NCBI GenBank assembly: GCA_964016885.1
Contig: OZ024741.1
Span: 346,270,001-346,334,000, forward strand
Reading direction: 5' to 3'
Origin: Eledone cirrhosa
Taxonomy: Eukaryota
DNA length: 64,000 nt
Shown: positions 54,158 to 64,000 of the stretch, one piece after another
Numbering within the stretch: the stretch's first letter is position 1
Layout: each line of letters begins with the position of its first letter
Program-made: the position numbers and the translations under genes
The notes under the pieces: model-generated
What the model saw: only the letters and a program-made list of their open reading frames with translations
Database searches by the model: none
Told to the model about the DNA's origin: nothing

Positions 54158-55094
54158 CTAGCAGTAAAGCCCGGCGTTGCTCGGGGTCGCTCAGTAGCTG
54201 TGTTAAAGTTACAATGTTAAGTTTCTTTCTTGGCTTAAAAACTGTAGTGTCTACTGTGCAGACTTGCATGTGGTGTTTTTGATTAATATTCCCTCAACCA
54301 ACAATATGCCTTATGAAGTTAAGAAAACATAACGATAACCCGAATGTTATAACAAAAGAGGATGCTGGGGATAGAAACTGCACTGGTTATTTATTAACAA
54401 AGATCGAAAATGTAAACACTGCAACGCAGAGAAAAACATTAGCGTAACCAAATTATCAGTTATGTCTGTCTGCACGCCTATATCACCTCTCTGCACGACT
54501 GTCTGTCTGCACGCCTATATCACCTCTCTGCACGACTGTCTGTCTGCACGCCTATATCACCTCTCTGCACGACTGTCTGTCTGCACGCGTATATCACCTC
54601 TCTGCACGACTGTCTGTCTGCACGACTGTCTGTCTGCACGCCTAACGACGAAATATTTGCTTGTTTTACGTAGTCTTTAAATAGACTTGTTTTCAAGTAA
54701 AAATATTGTTTTAAAATGCTTTTAAATGGAAATAAAGCAAAACGGAAGCTTAGTGTTCGAACTGATGAATTTTGCAGGTCAATATTTTGCTGGCTCGACA
54801 ATTGTGTTAATGTCATTTTAAACGCTGAGAAAGCCAGCGTAATTTTTTACGTAAGACGCTCAATGTAAACAGAACAAAGGGAAATAACTGATAACTTACG
54901 CTCAAAAATCGATACATTATATTCGATTTCGTCACATAGGGCGGGTCAATTTGAAATATTTTTTTTCCGATGTCTTCGCTAGGGCTCAATGTACAAGTAT
55001 AGCAATTTCGGTGCAATTCCGTGAGAGATTCTAAGAGGAGATGTGTGCCAAAAATCGATAGACAGACAGACAACCACAGTTTTATATATATAGA
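54158..55094 (-). mobile_element. Non-autonomous Helitron, second copy of the same family
   Basis: Same termini and A|T insertion site, with a different minisatellite copy number. Confidence 0.88.
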
Positions 55095-55440
55095 TTACCA
55101 ACCCACCTAAAAAAATTTCCCTACTATATATCTGTTGAATTACTATTCGTGGGGTTTTTACTTAATTTTTTTCTATTTTTTTCTATTTATTTTCTTTATT
55201 TATTTATTCATGTATCTATTTATTCATTTATTTATTTATTTATTTACTTATTTATTTATTTATTTCAAAAAAGCACTCTGGCTAATTGACCACTCCCCAA
55301 AGAAAAAACGTCCTGTGCCATGTTGTGGTCCTGTGTATCTAAATACCATCCTACCCCCCAAAATCCCCCCCCCCCCCCAGCCACCACCCCTCCCTTACCA
55401 CTACCTAAATGTATAAATACCAGAACTTAATATGACACCC

Positions 55441-55491
55441 AGCTTCCTGAAGATTTCATCTGAATGAAACAGTACTAGTCCTGTAGAGGCT
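55441..55491 (+). ncRNA. Type-I hammerhead ribozyme, family A variant
   Basis: AGCTTC-CTGAAGA-TTTCATCTGAAT-GAAACAG-TACTAGTC-CTGTA-GAGGCT. Confidence 0.85.
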
Positions 55492-55577
55492 CCTTCTATA
55501 AAATAAAAAAATTTTACTCTGCCATGTATTGAGTACCTTACTTATTGTGGTTATCCCCGAATCAACCCGGGCCCTAC

Positions 55578-55648
<71 letters not shown>

Positions 55649-55676
55649 TATATATATATATATATGTATATATATG

Positions 55677-55713
<37 letters not shown>

Positions 55714-55801
55714 GTATATATATATGTATGTATATATATATATATGTATATATATATGTATATATATATATATACATATATACATATATATACATATATA
55801 C

Positions 55802-55834
<33 letters not shown>

Positions 55835-55966
55835 GTTAGAGAAGAAAAAAATTGCTTATTGTGATCCAGTTTTTGGTTAAGAAAGCCAGTTTCATGGATG
55901 GTTTCAACGTACGGTTAGGGGTAACTCCACAAGTTTGTAAGAATTCCGTTCAATCTTGGAGTATAA

Positions 55967-59061
<3,095 letters not shown>

Positions 59062-59129
59062 CATATATACATATATATACATATATACATATATGCATAT
59101 ATATACATAGATACATATATACATATATA

Positions 59130-59161
<32 letters not shown>

Positions 59162-59179
59162 CATATATGTATACTTATA

Positions 59180-59242
<63 letters not shown>

Positions 59243-59243
59243 G

Positions 59244-59278
<35 letters not shown>

Positions 59279-59309
59279 GTATATATATATATGTACATAT
59301 ATATATATG

Positions 59310-59398
<89 letters not shown>

Positions 59399-59424
59399 GT
59401 ATATATATATATGTCAGGTCACCA

Positions 59425-60020
59425 GTCGGTGCTACTGGTAACATGCATCCCATTACGACCTGTCTCATGGTCGGGTCGTTGGCGACTAAACTGGCACCCC
59501 ACCAAGGTTTTTTGGTGAGGAGGGTGACTTTGGACATCCTGCAGGACTAAAACAAAACCTGTCAAAAGGGCAAAGGAGCTTTTAAGAGTCAATGGCCATC
59601 CAAAATCACCGGGAGACATGACCCCTTAGCCTTTGTCAAGGCAGAATTCTAGGAGAAGGGAATCTCTGATATAACACCTGCAACCTTGATGGTATCCAAT
59701 GATGTTGACTTGGTCTTCTTTTTGGTAAATATCATCTTGGTTAAGAGAGTGGGACTGGCTTTGTGCAGTGCCTTTGCTCACTATAAAAGCTTCACGGCAC
59801 AGACATTGCTTTATATTTGGAGATTTCTCTGCACTTGTCGTCACAGGGTACAATCGGCCCAGCACTATGTGTCAGTAATTGTCACAAGTGTAGTGTTTCT
59901 ACCAGAGTTTTCAAGTCGCTGGCTGGACTAAAAAGTCACACTCGTTTAGTGCATCAGTAGGGGTTCTCCTACATGGATATCAAGTAGTGGCCGTACTCGA
60001 AAACGAGTTGGCAGCCACCA
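59425..60020 (+). mobile_element. About 600-bp non-coding RTE-like repeat
   Basis: Reverse complement of 1913-2508. Confidence 0.6.
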
Positions 60021-60094
60021 TATACATATGTATATATATATATGCATATATATGTATATATATATGTACATATATGTATATATATATATATGTA

Positions 60095-60942
60095 ATATAA
60101 CATCAAAAGATGGTTAAAGGAGTTCCATGTATTTTATTATGCGCATTTCAAAAACAAACATCATCATGCAATAATATTTGTGTTTTCATCAGCTAAAACA
60201 GGAGAACATGATATGAAGGCTAAAAAACACTTGTGGATAGTGCAGTTTTAAATCAACATATGAAAAGTGGTTTTAGATTGATGTGTGATATTGGGAAAAA
60301 TATTTTATTTAGAGAGGGGGGTGGTGGAAAGGATGAAAAAGGGGAGGAGATGAGAGGGAGAGATGGGTGATAGAAAGAAAGAGATAGTTTTTATAACTGA
60401 GAGAAGATATATTGTTTTACATAGAGAGGTTGAAAACCGTTGGAAGATAATGTATAAATTAAAAGAATTTGAAAATTAGCGAAGGGAAAGATATGTACGA
60501 GGAAAAAATATTTTATTTAGGGAGGGGGAGGGGTGGAAAGGATGAAAAAAGGGGGAGGAGATGAGAGTGAAGGTGGAGAGGGAGAGATGGGTGATAGAGA
60601 GAAAGAGATAGTTTTTATAACTGAGAAAAGATATATTGTTTTACATAGAGAGGTTGAGAACCGTTGGAAGATAATGTATGAATTAAAAGAATTTGAAAAT
60701 TAGCGAAGGGAAAAATATTTGCGAGGAAAGAGAGGGAGTTTATGTATGAAGATAGAGAGAAAACAATAATAATTGTGGATGAATATTCTAACGTGAAAAA
60801 GGTGTATGTTGATAAGTATTGTGGCAATTTCAAAATTAACGAAGAGAATATAACACAAATATTATTGCATGATGATGTTTGTTTTTGAAATGCGCATAAT
60901 AAAATACATGGAACTCCTTTAACCATCTTTTGATCTTATATT
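60095..60942. repeat. pLTR-like insert with about 90-bp terminal inverted arms (60095-60184 and 60851-60942) and an internal about 210-bp tandem duplication
   Basis: Direct comparison. The arm contains a degenerate TGATGA..GAAA-TGCGCA-TA motif. Confidence 0.75.
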
Positions 60943-61225
60943 ATGTATACTCCAGTCCTACAAACTGTAGAGTGCTTCTTATCCAATATCTGCATTGCTT
61001 TATTGTACTACAATAAAACTCACCTCCTACATATATATATATGTATATATAAGTATATATATATATATATGTATATATATGTATATATATTTATATATAT
61101 GTATATATATATATATGTATATATATGTATATATATATGTATATATATGTATATATATATATATATGTATATATATATGTATGTATATATATATATATCT
61201 ATATATATGTATATATATATATAAA

Positions 61226-61256
<31 letters not shown>

Positions 61257-61360
61257 TATATATATATATGTATATATATATGTATATATGTATATCTGTA
61301 TATATACGTATATATGTATATATGTATATATATGTATATATGTATATATGTATATATATG

Positions 61361-61391
<31 letters not shown>

Positions 61392-61452
61392 GGGTATGTA
61401 TATATATATGTATATATATATATGTATATATATATATATGTATATATATATT

Positions 61453-61487
<35 letters not shown>

Positions 61488-61488
61488 T

Positions 61489-61519
<31 letters not shown>

Positions 61520-61560
61520 GTATATATATATGTATATATATGTATATGTATATATATATG

Positions 61561-61593
<33 letters not shown>

Positions 61594-61902
61594 GTATGTG
61601 TATATATATGTATATATATATGTATATACATATGTATGTGTATATATATGTGTATATATATGTATATATATATATGTGTATATATATGTGTATATATATG
61701 TATATATATGTATATATATATGTATATATATGTATATATATATGTATAAATATGTATATATATATATGTATAAATATATATATGTATATGTATAAATAAA
61801 TATATATATATGTATAAATATATATATATGTATATGTATAAACATATAAATATATATGTATATATATATGTAAATAAATATGTATATATATATATGTATA
61901 TA

Positions 61903-61953
<51 letters not shown>

Positions 61954-62109
61954 ATATAAATATATATTTATATATATGCAAAAGTTTTATTTAAATTGTT
62001 GTGATACAACAAGCATATATTTTTATATCTGATATAAAGCACTCGACTAATATTTGGAGTAGATATACGATATTAATAAATGGAAACTATATTTATAAAA
62101 CCATATTTA

Positions 62110-62170
62110 TTTCATTATATATATTTCGAGGATACCAAGTTACATTATGGTATGCCTTCATCAGACAAAA
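62110..62170 (-). ncRNA. Hammerhead ribozyme
   Basis: TTTTGT-CTGATGA-AGGCATACCA..TGGTATCCTC-GAAA-TATATA-TA-ATGAAA. Confidence 0.75.
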
Positions 62171-63375
62171 TACAATATATAACAGTTTTATAAATAGACA
62201 TTGACGTACCCTTTTTAAAAATTGACCGTTGTTTTTGGAGGCCATACTAAATATATTAAACATATTATTTTAACTTAAAATATTCTATAATATTTTGGGA
62301 TATTTTAGTATTTTGATATTTGTAGAATTCGTTTGCTTTTTAAGTTATATTGATATAATTATATTTCCAAAATATAATCCTTTTGAATTTTATATACTCA
62401 ATTGTACTATGTCATATGTTGATTATATCTATATACGGCTAATGTATCTATATGTGTATGTTGACATACATATACATGTGTTATATGCTTTTTTATGATT
62501 ATATGTCTGTCTGTATATATTCATGAGTGACGCGTGTATACCAATTGAAGATGCACACACATATCTATTCATGTATAGCTAAGAATTATGGATGTGAATG
62601 TACAGGCTTACACATGCAGTTTTTGATTGCAGATATGCATAACTTAACAGCCATAAATGCATGAAAGTTAATCCTATATATTTATATATATATACTAAAA
62701 ACTTTTAATTTTTAATTAATAACACAGGGAATGTATGGCAAAAAATCACTTATGCTTTGTATTATGTGTGGGAGTAGATATAATGTGTATTTTCTGAGTG
62801 AGTGTGTATATATATATATTTATGTACCTTTGCCTATGTGTATGTAATATGCGATAGATAATCTCTCTAGCAATATATATATTTTATAATGTTTAAATTC
62901 CAATTTTTAATATATTGATCTCAATTTTAAACTAAATATCTAATCATAATTAAACAATGTGTAATTTCTCATATTATATATCTATATTCCATTCATGAAT
63001 ATTAATATTTCTAATTTTATTTATGCTTTTCATCCCAATTGTTAACTCAACTTAATATGACATAACTTAAGGCTTTCGTTCTCTCACCCCTCTCTCTATC
63101 TCTATATGTCTCTCTCTGGATTTTTTTCTCTGTCTGATGGTTTGATATCTCCCCGTTATTTTCCTCTTTTCTCTTTTCTTTTTCTTTTCTTCTTTTTCTT
63201 TATCTATCTCTCCCTTTCTTTTCTCCACGTTTCTCTCTCTCCATCTTTTTACTTACTCTTAACACTATGACTTACTAAAGTAAACAAATCACTATCCTGA
63301 TGGCCTCCAAAAAACAACGGTCGATTTTTAAAAGGGGTACGTCAATGTCTATTTATAAAACTGTTATATATTCTA

Positions 63376-63436
63376 TTTTGTCTGATGAAGGCATACCATA
63401 ATGTAACTTGGTATCCTTGAAATATATATAATGAAA
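63376..63436 (+). ncRNA. Hammerhead ribozyme (mirror copy)
   Basis: TTTTGT-CTGATGA-AGGCATACCA..TGGTATCCTT-GAAA-TATATA-TA-ATGAAA. Confidence 0.75.
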
Positions 63437-63536
63437 TAAATATGGTTTTATAAATATAGTTTCCATTTATTAAAATCGTATATTTATATATATGTATATA
63501 TGTATATATATATATATTTATATATATGAATATATG

Positions 63537-63605
<69 letters not shown>

Positions 63606-63624
63606 GTATATATATGTATATATG

Positions 63625-63655
<31 letters not shown>

Positions 63656-63696
63656 GTATATATATAAATATATATGTATATATATATATATGTATA

Positions 63697-63745
<49 letters not shown>

Positions 63746-63760
63746 GTGTATATATATGTA

Positions 63761-63823
<63 letters not shown>

Positions 63824-63826
63824 GTA

Positions 63827-63905
<79 letters not shown>

Positions 63906-64000
63906 GTATATATATATGTATATATATATATATATGTATATATATATTTATGTATATATATGTATATGTATATATATATTTATGTATATATATATATATG

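Larger units (their letters stand above)
62066..63481. mobile_element. Non-coding pLTR-like insert with about 180-bp inverted arms (62066-62245 and 63300-63481)
   Basis: Arms are reverse complements and each contains an HHR. Confidence 0.8.

Overview
Eukaryotic, AT-rich, microsatellite-saturated DNA, either intergenic or intronic. I infer a coleoid cephalopod such as octopus from the tRNA/Nin-type SINEs, the RTE elements and the extreme (TA)n content, but this is not proven. No host gene is recognisable. Transposable elements present: one near-intact CR1/L2-group LINE (11.4-15.8 kb, minus strand); four Penelope-like element (PLE) remnants encoding RT plus GIY-YIG, three with inverted terminal copies; two PHD-finger-carrying RTE LINE copies inside a large inverted duplication (about 33-50 kb); many Tx1/L1 fragments, including a stack of 3' ends in (TATC)n; three non-autonomous Helitrons; a mariner relic; a hAT MITE; and several SINEs. 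The main hidden signal is about 20 type-I hammerhead ribozyme (HHR) motifs from more than 10 sequence families, plus several half motifs. They sit in short PLE-pLTR/retrozyme-like units inserted in (TA)n. These units recur as tandem or fold-back copies whose breakpoints often fall inside the ribozyme, and some carry core variants (U3-A8, C4, C6). All structures were folded by eye, and coordinates of decayed elements are approximate.
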